Shown: positions 1 through 9,147 of the stretch, one piece after another | How positions within the stretch are numbered: position 1 is the stretch's first letter | Layout: every line of letters starts with the position of its first letter | DNA from: an uncultured Actinomycetes bacterium | Lineage (GTDB): Bacteria > Actinomycetota > Acidimicrobiia > Spongiisociales > DATADW01 | Direction of reading: 5' to 3' | Assembly (NCBI GenBank): GCA_963824995.1 | Contig: CAWGRK010000001.1 | Coordinates: 263,094 to 300,360, forward strand | Length of the DNA stretch: 37,267 bases | Notes under the pieces: model-generated | Database searches by the model: none | What the model saw: only the letters and a program-made list of their open reading frames with translations | What the model was told of the DNA's origin: nothing | Program-made: the position numbers and the translations under genes

Positions 1-406
1 CCCGCAACGGGAGTTGCTGCTGAGCGGTATCGGCGCCCAAGCGGATCGCCGTCGAGTTGCCCTCGTGCCAGTTGACGATGACCACCCGCTCAACGCCGGC
101 AAGCGCCAGTCCCTCGCACACGTCGACGATCAGGGCGGCGAGGGTCTCGGGCCTGACACTGAGCGTTCCCGGCCAGGAGAGGTGATACGGAGCCACCCCG
201 ACCGGCGTGAGCGGTAGGACGGGTGCCGCCAGGCGCTCACCGACCCGCAGGGCGATGGTGAGGGCGGCGAAAGCATCGGTCCCAAGTGGCAGGTGACCGC
301 CGTGCTGCTCGATGCTCCCCGTCACCAGAACCGCCGTCCCCCGCGCCAGCGCCTCCTCGGCCTCGGGTTGCGTCATGTTCCCGAGAAGCACTGCGTCGTG
401 ACTCAA
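1..406 (-). CDS. Creatininase-family protein (3' end runs off the window)
   Basis: Not in the ORF track. Manual minus-strand translation gives (M)SHDAVLLGNMTQPEAEEALARGTAVLVTGSIEQHGGHLPLGTDAFAA...PYHLSWPGTLSVRPETL...VIVNWHEGN. TTG start at 406 follows a GAGGGAG RBS; alternative ATG at 376. Confidence 0.88.
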   Translation of the reverse strand, partial: MSHDAVLLGNMTQPEAEEALARGTAVLVTGSIEQHGGHLPLGTDAFAALTIALRVGERLAAPVLPLTPVGVAPYHLSWPGTLSVRPETLAALIVDVCEGLALAGVERVVIVNWHEGNSTAIRLGADTAQQQLPLR

Positions 407-437
407 GTCCGATCTCCCTCCGCTCCCATCGCCTTGC

Positions 438-449
438 ACAAACGGTTGT
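438..449. promoter_or_regulatory. Putative LacI-family operator ACAAACGGTTGT
   Basis: Near-perfect palindrome with central CG, between a minus-strand TAGTGT -10-like box (456-461) and the creatininase start; recurs across the window. Confidence 0.7.
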
Positions 450-466
450 TCAGAGACACTAACCCG

Positions 467-1500
467 TCAGGTTCGGGGCGGAGCCGTCGACCCCCTGACC
501 ACCAACTCGGGTTCGACGAGTTGGGTCTCGGGCGGCATGGCCGGATCGGAGATCGTCGCCAGCAGACTCCTCGCCGCCATCGAGCCGAGCTCGTACTGCG
601 AGATGCGCACCGTGGTCAGCGGTGGTGAGAACCGGTCGCTGTAGGGCATGTCGTTGAAGCCCACCACCGAGACGTCCCCTGGGCAGGTCTTGCCTCGTTG
701 CCTGATGGCATCGATAGCACCCAGGGCGAGGCGATCGTTGGCTGCGACCACGGCGGTGGTCTCAGGCATTTCATCGAGCAGTTCACCCGTCACCCGGTAG
801 CCCTCCTCCTCGGTGTGACGGTGAGCGAAGCCGCGACCCCCGGCCAGACCGGCTTCTCGGAGTATCTCCTCGAAGGCGCCGAGGCGGTTGACGGTGGAGG
901 ACACGTCCTTCGGTCCCCCCACGTGCACGATGTTGCGATGCCCCAGCGAGAGGAGGTGTTCGACGGCCATCCTCGTCCCGGCATGATCGTCGGGTAGCAC
1001 GGCGCTGATGGAGGAGATGGCGGTGGCACGGTTGAACAGGATCACCGGTATCCCCTCATCGACCAGTCCGGCGAGCACCCGATCCTCGTCCCTTGCCACG
1101 CCGTACAGCAGTCCTTCGGCCTGGACGCCGAGCATGGCCGATACCTGCACCTCGGCATGGCCGGGGTCGTCGTCTGTACTGGCGAGTAACAGCGAGTAAC
1201 CGTCGGCGGAGAGGACATCACCTGCACCCGCGTGATCCCCGCCTGGTACAGGTTGGCCACATCCGGGACGACCATCCCGACGACGAGCGTCCGTCCGGTG
1301 CGCAGGGCGCGGGCGATGGTGTTCGGCCGGTAGCCCAACCTCCGGGCGACGTCCCGGATGCGATGCTCGGTGTCCTGGGTGATCCGACCGGCGGCCGCTC
1401 GGTCGTTGAGAACACGGGAGACGGTGGAGACGTGCACTCCCGCCTCGCGAGCGACATCACGCAGCGTCGGCTTGGTACCCCTGGTCTCGTTTTCAGACAC
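467..1500 (-). CDS. LacI-family transcriptional regulator (one frameshift near 1228, probably a sequencing indel)
   Basis: N-terminal [25 protein letters not shown]...[17 protein letters not shown] lies in ORF 1042..1611; the ligand-binding domain ([32 protein letters not shown]) lies in ORF 467..1150. Adding one G to the CGGG run near 1228 joins them. Confidence 0.93.
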
Positions 1501-1594
1501 GGAGGCGAGCGTACCGAAGCGTGGTTCACCACCCATACGGAACGGACCGTCCCGTGGTTTCCTAGCTTGGGCAGCTCTAGGAAGGCCAGGAAAG

Positions 1595-2761
1595 ATGCAT
1601 CCCGAGGACACGTCCGGATTCCGACTCGTCGGCCACTCCGACCTTGGGGGCTATGGCGACGGAATGCAGGTCATGCCCCACGGAGATGTTCTCTTCGTCG
1701 GCCACTTCGGCCCCAGCGGCAAGGGAACCTCGATCCTCGACATCTCGGACCCCACGGCGCCGCAGATGATCCGGCAGTGGGATGCCCCCCCGGGGTCGCA
1801 CACCCACAAGGTGCAGGTGGCGGATGGCCTCTTGCTGGTCAACCACGAGCTGTTCCGGAGCGAGGGACCGGCGCCGGTGGGTATGGCGGTGTACGACCTC
1901 GATGACCCGGAGAGCCCGGCGCAGGTCGGCTTCTTCGACACCGGCGGGCGGGGCGTTCACCGGATCGTCTACGAGGGCGGCGACCTCGCCTACATCTCGG
2001 CGACACCTGACGGCTACCGCGGCCGGATATGGCAGATCGTGAACGTATCCGATCCGACCAATCCGACCGAGACGGGACGCTGGTGGTGGCCGGGTATGTG
2101 GGAAGGCGGCGGCGAGATCCCGGAGGCGCCGACCGGCGAGGAGTGGCAAGCCCACCACGCCCTGGTCCATGGCGAGCGCGCCTATCTGGGCTTCTGGGAC
2201 GGCGGGATGGTCATCATCGACATATCCGATCTCGCCAGGCCGAGGACGATCTCACGCCTCGGATGGGAGGAGGGAGGGCACACCCACACGGCGCTTCCGC
2301 TGCCCGATCGCAATCTGGTGGTGGTCACAGACGAGGCGGTCACCGAGGGCTGCGACGGGGACAGACACATGGTGAGGATCGTGGATGTCACCGACGAGAC
2401 CGCCCCCTTCGTCCGATCGATCTGCCCCGTCCCCGAGGGGGACTTCTGCGAACGGGGCCTCCGGTTCGGGGCGCACTGCCTCCACGAGAACCGCCCCAAC
2501 AGCTATCGAAGCCAGGAGCTGTTGTTCGTCACCTACTTCAACGCCGGTCTCAGGGTGTACGACACCGCCGACCCCGACCACCCCGTCGAGGTTGCCCACT
2601 GGATTCCCGACTGCCCCCCCAACCAGGCAGCGGCCCAGATCAACGACGTCTTTGTCGCCGAAGATCACACCGTGTACGTGACCGACAGGGTCAACGGTGG
2701 CGTCTACATCCTCGAGCCCGACGCGGCACTCTCCGCACACATGACGCGTTCGGCAACATGA
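1595..2761 (+). CDS. LVIVD-repeat (beta-propeller) protein, His-rich, putative metallo-hydrolase
   Basis: Repeated ILDISDP / VYDLDDP / IVNVSDP / IIDISD / IVDVTD / VYDTADP units; His motifs HTHKVQV, GVHRI, AHHAL, HTHTALP, FGAHCLHENRP. ATG at 1595 follows AGGAAAG. Confidence 0.85.
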   Translation: MHPEDTSGFRLVGHSDLGGYGDGMQVMPHGDVLFVGHFGPSGKGTSILDISDPTAPQMIRQWDAPPGSHTHKVQVADGLLLVNHELFRSEGPAPVGMAVYDLDDPESPAQVGFFDTGGRGVHRIVYEGGDLAYISATPDGYRGRIWQIVNVSDPTNPTETGRWWWPGMWEGGGEIPEAPTGEEWQAHHALVHGERAYLGFWDGGMVIIDISDLARPRTISRLGWEEGGHTHTALPLPDRNLVVVTDEAVTEGCDGDRHMVRIVDVTDETAPFVRSICPVPEGDFCERGLRFGAHCLHENRPNSYRSQELLFVTYFNAGLRVYDTADPDHPVEVAHWIPDCPPNQAAAQINDVFVAEDHTVYVTDRVNGGVYILEPDAALSAHMTRSAT

Positions 2762-2824
2762 TCGACGTGGACGACAAGCCTCGACCATGACGTCGTGATC
2801 CATGTATGTCGTCTGGGGGCAGGG

Positions 2825-2855
2825 CCGTCCGCCGTCCGCCGTCCTCCGTCCTCCG
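2825..2855 (+). repeat. Heptamer tandem repeat (CCGTCCG)2(CCGTCCT)2CCG
   Basis: Read directly in the gap between convergent genes. Confidence 0.85.
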
Positions 2856-2884
2856 AGGCGGTGGGTTCGGGACCGCCGAGGTGG

Positions 2885-2928
2885 TCAGTGCAGCTCGATC
2901 AGCGCAATTCGGTTCAGCGCAACTCGGT
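2885..2928 (-). repeat. Three imperfect 14-15 bp direct repeats of the permease 3' end, each including the stop codon
   Basis: Plus strand: tcagtgcagctcga / tcagcgcaattcggt / tcagcgcaactcggt; the last copy is the real gene end (TELR*). Confidence 0.75.
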
Positions 2929-3852
2929 TCTGGGGTCGAGGACGTCGCGCAGACCGTCACCGACCAGGTTGAACGAGAGCGCCCAGAGGAACACCATGAG
3001 ACCGGGGATGGTCGAGGTCCACCACCGCCCGGCGACGATGTCAGCCTGGCCCTCGCTGACCAAGGTCCCCCACTCCGCCTGACCGGCGACCGAGAGCCCG
3101 ATGAACGCCAGCGTGGCGCCAAGCAGCAGGGCGTGGCCCATGTCGAGCGTCGCCTGCACCGCCACCGGTGTGAACGAGTTGGGCAGGATGTCGCGCCTGA
3201 TGATCCCGAACCTGGAGTCGCCGATTGCACGCGCCGCGTCGACATCGTCCTCTTCGCGAACCTGGAGGATCTGGCTTCGGATGATCCGGGCATAGCGCGC
3301 CCACATGATGAATGCCAGCGCCACGACGATGTTGATGAAAGAGGGGCCGAGGATGGCGGCGATGGCTAGCGGGAAGATCAGCGCCGGGATGGAGAGGAAG
3401 ACATCCACGACGCGCATAAGGAAGGCATCGACCTTGCCACCGACGATCCCCGCGGTGCACCCCACGATCAGCCCGATGAAAACGGCTCCGGCGACGACGT
3501 AGAGCGACAGCAGGAGGGACAGTCGGGCACCCCAGACGACCCCGTACAGGACGTCACCCCCGAGGCGGGTGGTGCCCAGTGGATGGCCCTCGGTACCGGG
3601 GGGGACCGCCACCGAACTCAGATCTCTCGGCATCTGATAGGCGCCGCGGGGGTTCTCGGGGACGAGGAGCGGGGCGAATATCGCCATGCCGATGAGAACG
3701 AAGATGATGATGGCCCCGACCCTGGTGCTCCCTCTGCTGAACACGTCCTTCGTCGTGGACCACAAACGCTTTGTTCTGACCTTGAAAGGCGTTTCGTGGA
3801 CGACCTCAGGCGGGGGTGCGGCCTCGACCTGGGGGACCGTCTCGATCGACAT
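2914..3852 (-). CDS. ABC transporter permease, DppC/OppC family
   Basis: HPLGTTRLGGDVL, GARLSL, DAFLMRVVDVFLSIP, EAA-like loop DAARAIGDS, AEWGTLV; several TM segments. Confidence 0.93.
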   Translation of the reverse strand: MSIETVPQVEAAPPPEVVHETPFKVRTKRLWSTTKDVFSRGSTRVGAIIIFVLIGMAIFAPLLVPENPRGAYQMPRDLSSVAVPPGTEGHPLGTTRLGGDVLYGVVWGARLSLLLSLYVVAGAVFIGLIVGCTAGIVGGKVDAFLMRVVDVFLSIPALIFPLAIAAILGPSFINIVVALAFIMWARYARIIRSQILQVREEDDVDAARAIGDSRFGIIRRDILPNSFTPVAVQATLDMGHALLLGATLAFIGLSVAGQAEWGTLVSEGQADIVAGRWWTSTIPGLMVFLWALSFNLVGDGLRDVLDPRTELR

Positions 3853-3854
3853 GG

Positions 3855-4865
3855 CTATGCCTTCCTCAAGACGACGCGGCGATCGAGGTACCCGTAGAGG
3901 ACGTCGACGATCATGTTGATCGTCAAGAAGAGGATGCTGGTGAAGATGACAAACGCCAGCGTCGTCGCCTGGTCACCGCTCAGGACGGAACTGGCCATCC
4001 AGCTGCCAAGCCCCGGCCACCCAAAGATGGTCTCGACCACCACGGTGCCCTCGAACATGATCCCGACCGAGATCCCGATGACGGTGATCGTCGGGATGAA
4101 GGCGTTCCGCCGGGCGTGCCGCCGGACCACGAGGCGCTCGGGGAGACCACGGGCGCGGGCGGCATCGACGTAGTCCTTGCCCATCTCCTCGAGCAGCGAG
4201 GAGCGCATCATCCTGGCCACGATGCCGACCGCGGCATATCCGAGGGTGATCGCCGGTAGGACCAGATGCCAGATGGCGTCCCGTAGTGCCTCGAAGCTCC
4301 CGGCGATGATCGAGTCGATCACGTAGAAGTTGGTGGGATGGGCGATGCTGTTCCAAATCTCCGGATCCGACCGTCCGTGGGGAAACCACCCCAGGTTGGC
4401 CCAGAAGACGATGAGGAGGACGATCCCCAGCCAGAAGGTGGGCATGCTCGCCCCTCCCACTGCGAAGATGCTGGAGACCTGATCGGGCCATCGGTTCCGG
4501 CGCCGTGCGGCGAAGGTCCCGATTCCGACGCCGAGGGTGACTGCCCAGAGTGCCGCGGCGGCGCCCAGCTCGAAGGAGGCGCCGATCTTGTCGGGGAAGA
4601 CGTCGATCACCGGCGCGGCGGCAACCGCCGACCAGCCGAACTCGCCTTGAAACACCCCGCCGAGCCATGCCAGGTATTGCATGGGTACCGGTTCGTCGAG
4701 GTTGAACCGCTCCTCGAGGGCTGCGACCTCTTCGTCGGTCATGCCCGGTTCGAGGTAGGGGCCGATGGTGGTCCCACCGAGCCGGGTCAGGCTGAACACG
4801 AGGACGCTGACCGCCAGGATGACAAGAGGCAGTGCCAGCAGCCTTCGACCGATGTACCTATGCAA
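3855..4865 (-). CDS. ABC transporter permease, DppB/OppB family
   Basis: YIGRRLL, LDEPVPMQYLAWL, HLVLPAITL, DYVDAARARGL, ETIFGWPGLG, DVLYGYLD. Confidence 0.94.
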   Translation of the reverse strand: MHRYIGRRLLALPLVILAVSVLVFSLTRLGGTTIGPYLEPGMTDEEVAALEERFNLDEPVPMQYLAWLGGVFQGEFGWSAVAAAPVIDVFPDKIGASFELGAAAALWAVTLGVGIGTFAARRRNRWPDQVSSIFAVGGASMPTFWLGIVLLIVFWANLGWFPHGRSDPEIWNSIAHPTNFYVIDSIIAGSFEALRDAIWHLVLPAITLGYAAVGIVARMMRSSLLEEMGKDYVDAARARGLPERLVVRRHARRNAFIPTITVIGISVGIMFEGTVVVETIFGWPGLGSWMASSVLSGDQATTLAFVIFTSILFLTINMIVDVLYGYLDRRVVLRKA

Positions 4866-4926
4866 CCTTCAAGCTCCTGAGAGCCAGCCTAGGCAACCCT
4901 CCCCGATACCGAACTCGACCGATGCC

Positions 4927-6624
4927 TCACTTGTCGTACAGCGCCCAGTACTGGGAGGGCCGGGGCCACATCGGGTTCTCCACGTGACCCTGGACCCAAT
5001 CGCCGCGGGCCGATGGTGCACCCTCGTTGGCCGGCATGATCCACGCTGCCTCTTCGTAGAGCACCGTCTGGATCTCGGAGAGGATCTCGAGCCGCTCTTC
5101 TTCGTCGAGTGTCGTTCGAGCGGCTGCGACCAGGTCGTCCACCCGCTGAGCGTCGGTGTATCCGTCGGCGAAGCTGTTCACAGCCCCGTACCGGCCATCT
5201 GATTGCGCGGCGTCGAACAGGTAGGCGTCGGGGGTGCTGTACTGCGAGCTCGTGTAGGACCACATCCCCACCGGCAGCGGGTCGGTCGCCAACTGCTCGT
5301 CGAATTGCGCCTCAGGCAGCTGCACCACGTTTATGTGGAAGTTGGGGTTGAGCGCCTCGATGCTGTCCTTGAGAGTCAGCGCCGCTCCGGTGAAACCCTC
5401 GTGGGTCTGGTCGGTGATGATCGAAACGGTGAATCCCTCCTCCCAATAGCCGGCCTCGGTGAAGAGCTGCTCGGCCATGGCGGGATCAGTGGGATAGACC
5501 GGTGCGTCAGGGTCGTGTCCGTACATGTCGACCGGGAGGACGAAGCTGGCGCGGCCACCCAGACCACCGAGGATCCCGTCTATGTAGCCCTGATAGTCGA
5601 ATGCGTAGTTGAAGGCCTGCCGCACCCGCACGTCCTGGAAGAAGTCGGGCGGGATGGTGTCACCATCGGGAAGCTCGGCGATGTTCATGTTCATCCCGAT
5701 GAGGAGCACCTGGAGGTCCAGGGTGGTGGTGTCGACCTCTGCATGCTCGATCGGCTCGATCGAAGGCACATCGGTGGGGCTGATGTCGACGATGTCGTAC
5801 TCCTGAGCCTGCAGACCCGTGGCCGGCGAGTCGACGATCAACTCCCAGCGCACCGGCAGGTGGGCCGGCTCGCCCCAGTAGTCGGGGTTGATGTCAAAAC
5901 TCATCCGGTCGGCACGCTCCCAGGAGGTGAGGGTGTAGGGACCGCTTCCGACCATGTTCTGTGCCATGTACTCGTTGGGTGTATCAGCCTCGACGCCACC
6001 GTTGGCCTCGACTGCGTCCATGCTGACGACGCTGGCCACGGGGTGGGCAGCCAGAAAGGCAAGGAAAGAGGCGTCGACCGCTTTCAGCGTCACCTCGAAG
6101 GTGAGGTCGTCGACCGCCTGGAACGATGCCACGTTCTCGAACAGTGGGGCTTGACCCTCGGGAAGGTTCATCTCGATGACCCGGTTCCACGAGTACTCGA
6201 CGTCTTCGGCGGTGAGGTCGGTCCCATCAGAGAAGACGACACCCTCGCGGAGAGGGAAGGTGTAGGTGAGTCCGTCTTCCGAGATCAACTCGTTCTCGAT
6301 GGTGGGAACCTCAGTGGACAGCGAGGGAACGGGAGAACCGCCATCCGGGGGAATGGCCACCAACCGGTCGTAGACATTGAGGATCACGTTCATGCCGACG
6401 TCATTCCCGTTCACCGCAGCCGGGTCGAGGTCGAAGACGTCGTCATTCACCGTCACGACGAGCACATCCGGGTTTGGAACGTCACCGCTCGGCTCCCCGC
6501 CTGCAGCGGTCGAACCCGAAGCGGCGGTCGTGTCCGCAGTGGTGCCTTGCCCGCACGCTGCCACGACCAGCGGAAGAACGGCGCACAGGGCCAAGATCCT
6601 CCGCGCAATCGAAGCTCGTCCCAT
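4927..6624 (-). CDS. ABC transporter substrate-binding lipoprotein, family 5 (DppA/OppA-like)
   Basis: ATG at 6624 after GAGGAGG; lipobox LVVAAC; LDPA, SEDGLTYTFPLREGVVFSDG, GSGPY, DVRVRQAFNYAFD. Confidence 0.93.
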   Translation of the reverse strand: MGRASIARRILALCAVLPLVVAACGQGTTADTTAASGSTAAGGEPSGDVPNPDVLVVTVNDDVFDLDPAAVNGNDVGMNVILNVYDRLVAIPPDGGSPVPSLSTEVPTIENELISEDGLTYTFPLREGVVFSDGTDLTAEDVEYSWNRVIEMNLPEGQAPLFENVASFQAVDDLTFEVTLKAVDASFLAFLAAHPVASVVSMDAVEANGGVEADTPNEYMAQNMVGSGPYTLTSWERADRMSFDINPDYWGEPAHLPVRWELIVDSPATGLQAQEYDIVDISPTDVPSIEPIEHAEVDTTTLDLQVLLIGMNMNIAELPDGDTIPPDFFQDVRVRQAFNYAFDYQGYIDGILGGLGGRASFVLPVDMYGHDPDAPVYPTDPAMAEQLFTEAGYWEEGFTVSIITDQTHEGFTGAALTLKDSIEALNPNFHINVVQLPEAQFDEQLATDPLPVGMWSYTSSQYSTPDAYLFDAAQSDGRYGAVNSFADGYTDAQRVDDLVAAARTTLDEEERLEILSEIQTVLYEEAAWIMPANEGAPSARGDWVQGHVENPMWPRPSQYWALYDK

Positions 6625-6649
6625 GGGTGTCCTCCTCAGTTCCATCCTT

Positions 6650-6685
6650 GCGAACGGTTTCTCGATCGGTTGCCCAATCGTTTGC
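6650..6685. promoter_or_regulatory. Three abutting LacI-type operator-like 12-mers
   Basis: GCGAACGGTTTC / TCGATCGGTTGC / CCAATCGTTTGC at exact 12-bp spacing, directly downstream of a minus-strand TAGGTT -10-like box (6686-6691). Confidence 0.62.
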
Positions 6686-6821
6686 AACCTAACCAGCAAC
6701 GTAACTAGCTGAGCGTCCCAGTGTCAACCGATTCGGGGGTTCGATTCTCGGGCGCCCTCTTAGACGCATGGCGCCAACTCGCCACTATGGTCGCCCGCCC
6801 CCCTGCCACAGGAGCGACACC

Positions 6822-7988
6822 GTGGAGCCGACCGGCCGGTACCCCCAATTCAGCGAGGCGGAGAACGCCCGCCGCCAAGACCTGGTTCGGTCGTTCCTCG
6901 CCGAGTCCGGTCTCGACGGACTGGTGATATTTGGTTGGTCGGCTCAGAACCGCACCGCCCAGGCCGACGTCTACTACCTCTCCGGCTACCTGGGCATGAG
7001 GGACAACTACGTGGTATTCCCTCGTGACGGAGAGCCCACCCTCTTCGCCCAGAGCTACAACCACGTGCCCAACGCGGCGCAGGTCTCGTTCCTCGACGAC
7101 GTCAGGTGGGGTGGGGCCGACAATGGGGTGACCGTGGGGGAAGACCTCCTGGCTCGGGGTCTCGGTGAGCTGGGGGTGGTCGGCTGGATGCCATATCAGC
7201 AGTACGAGTCCATGCGGAGGACGACCGGCGACCGCTGTTCCTTCAGGGACGTGACCCGTGAGTTCCGCACGATCCGGCTCAAGAAGAGCGACGAAGAGTT
7301 GGAGTGGCTGAAGCGGGGGGCTGGCTTCACCGACGCCGCCCTCGCCGGGCTGCGCGATGCACTTTCCCCCGGCATCAAGGAGTACGAGTTGGCGGAGGCA
7401 ATCGAGCACTCCTACCTCGGTGCCGGCGGGTTGACCACCTTCTATTACATCGCATCGACACCGATGAGCAGTCCGGACCGATGCGTTCCGGCACAGGTCC
7501 TGAGCAATCGGGAGATCGAGGCGGGTGACGTGGTGACCTGCGAGCTCAGTGCCTCTTATGCCGGCTATGCCGGTCAGGGTCTTCGCACCTACACCGTGTC
7601 ACAGGAACCCACGCCCCAGATCGCCGAGCTTCATGCCCTTGCCGAGGCCGTGTACCACGAGGTCGCCGCCGCCATCCGGCCCGGCGCCGGGGCCGAGGAG
7701 GTGTGGGGGGCGTCTGAGGGGATATCCGAAAGCGGATTCAGCATCAGGGACGACCTGTTGCACGGATACGGCATCGGGTTGTTGCCGCCCTGGATCCGCA
7801 CCAGGCAGACCACCCACGGGCGGGACGACGACTGGATCTTCGAGGCCGGCCAGACGATCGTGATACAGCCCAACGTCATCACCCAGGACGAAACCGCAGG
7901 GGTCCAGGTGGGCGAACTGTGCGTGGTCACCGACGATGGAGCGGTCTCGCTGCACTCCTTCCCGCTCGAGCTGATCAGGGCGGGTTGA
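6822..7988 (+). CDS. M24 (pita-bread fold) protein with creatinase-type N-terminal domain and non-canonical active site
   Basis: YPQFSEAENARR N-terminus, IRLKKSDEELEWLKRG, PGIKEYEL, GDVVTCELSASYAGY, HGYGIG. GTG at 6822 follows AGGAG. Confidence 0.85.
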   Translation: MEPTGRYPQFSEAENARRQDLVRSFLAESGLDGLVIFGWSAQNRTAQADVYYLSGYLGMRDNYVVFPRDGEPTLFAQSYNHVPNAAQVSFLDDVRWGGADNGVTVGEDLLARGLGELGVVGWMPYQQYESMRRTTGDRCSFRDVTREFRTIRLKKSDEELEWLKRGAGFTDAALAGLRDALSPGIKEYELAEAIEHSYLGAGGLTTFYYIASTPMSSPDRCVPAQVLSNREIEAGDVVTCELSASYAGYAGQGLRTYTVSQEPTPQIAELHALAEAVYHEVAAAIRPGAGAEEVWGASEGISESGFSIRDDLLHGYGIGLLPPWIRTRQTTHGRDDDWIFEAGQTIVIQPNVITQDETAGVQVGELCVVTDDGAVSLHSFPLELIRAG

Positions 7989-8030
7989 CCGGGTCACCGC
8001 GGGTGAGCGGGAAGAGTGATGGAGGTCCGC

Positions 8031-8042
8031 ACAAACGTATGC
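8031..8042. promoter_or_regulatory. Putative LacI-family operator ACAAACGTATGC
   Basis: Sits in the GCACAAACGTATGCGC palindrome, just upstream of a TAGCGT -10-like box (8048-8053) ahead of the aldolase gene. Confidence 0.68.
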
Positions 8043-8133
8043 GCTGCTAGCGTCCCGACCAGGCCCGCAGGCCTTTCCGCAGCGGGGCGCGCCGCGAGCA
8101 ATGTATGCCGGCGCTGGAGAGGAGACACCGATC

Positions 8134-9117
8134 ATGACTGCGCTGGGCCCGTCCAAGGAGGCGGCATTCGAGAAGGTGAAGGGACTGTGGATCGCCATTC
8201 CCACGCCCTTCACGTCATCGGGAGCGGTGGACGAGGGCGCCCTCCGCAAGGCGGTGGACCATTACATCGAGGGCCTCGGCGTGGATGGCATCTTCTGCGG
8301 CGGGGTGATGGGCGAGTTCTGGGCGATGACGGTGGAAGAACGTGCCCGCGTCCACGAGGTAGTGCTCAGTGCCGCCGCACGGCGGGTCCCGGTGATGGTC
8401 CATATCGGTCATCACGTCTACTCCGAGGCGGCGCAACTCAGCCGTCACGCCGAGCAGGTCGGCGCCGACTTCGTCATCGCCATCAACCCCTACTACCCGA
8501 TCAAGCCGAGCGAGGACATGGTGCGCCACTGGTATCGGCGCCTCACCTCCGAGTCCTCGGTGCCCTTCTTCCTCTTCAACACCTCCTACTCGGGCTATGC
8601 CTTGAGCCCTTCACTGATCGGAGAGCTCAGCGAACTCGAGACGGTGTGCGGGATCAAGAACCCCAAGCCTATGGACCACCTGATGGCGGTCCACGACCTG
8701 GTGGGTGATCGCATCGTCGTCTGTGATGCCGACGAGGGCGATTGGCTCTCGCTGCACCTCGATCACGGGTTCCCGGCACTCATGTCCACCCCGGCGCTGG
8801 CCATGTACCAGACAGCCGCCCACCGCCCCGTCCTCGATTACACCCGGCTGGCAGATGCAGGCGACACCGAAGGTGCCTGGGAACTGCAGAGGTCACTGGC
8901 AGGTCAGCGCGATGCCTTCCAGCGCTGGATGCGCGACCAGTGGCTGGCCCGCGGCGAGGGGGCGATACCGATAGCAGAACTCAAGGCGTGGCTCGGACTG
9001 ATGGGCCTGCCGCAGGGGCCGGTCCGGACGCCGCTGATCCCTCTGAGCGAGGAGCGGTTGAGTGCGCTGGCAGCCGACCTCGATGGTCTCGGGCTGCTCG
9101 ATTCGATCTCGACTTGA
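8134..9117 (+). CDS. DHDPS/NAL-family (class I aldolase fold) lyase, not a true DapA
   Basis: AIPTPFTSSGAVDE, GGVMGEF (canonical GSTGE), INPYY, FLFN, Schiff-base Lys in CGIKN, GPVRTPL. ATG at 8134 follows GAGAGGAG. Confidence 0.88.
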   Translation: MTALGPSKEAAFEKVKGLWIAIPTPFTSSGAVDEGALRKAVDHYIEGLGVDGIFCGGVMGEFWAMTVEERARVHEVVLSAAARRVPVMVHIGHHVYSEAAQLSRHAEQVGADFVIAINPYYPIKPSEDMVRHWYRRLTSESSVPFFLFNTSYSGYALSPSLIGELSELETVCGIKNPKPMDHLMAVHDLVGDRIVVCDADEGDWLSLHLDHGFPALMSTPALAMYQTAAHRPVLDYTRLADAGDTEGAWELQRSLAGQRDAFQRWMRDQWLARGEGAIPIAELKAWLGLMGLPQGPVRTPLIPLSEERLSALAADLDGLGLLDSIST

Positions 9118-9147
9118 TTGGCCGTAGTTGCGCCAGAAGGAGAACCG

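Noticed and set aside
1561..1581. CCTAG...CTAGG inverted repeat between lacI and the LVIVD gene
   Set aside because: Only 5-bp arms and no match to the recurring operator; too weak to call.
3762..3775. ACAAACGCTTTGT as another operator
   Set aside because: Inside the permease coding sequence and one base longer than the consensus spacing; likely chance.
5203..6708. 501-aa plus-strand ORF (likewise 30556..31947 minus and the other overlapping ORFs)
   Set aside because: Antisense to the binding-protein or molybdoenzyme genes; composition typical of reverse-frame translation.
8134..9117. dapA of lysine biosynthesis
   Set aside because: Lacks the GTTGE motif and catalytic Tyr; catabolic context.
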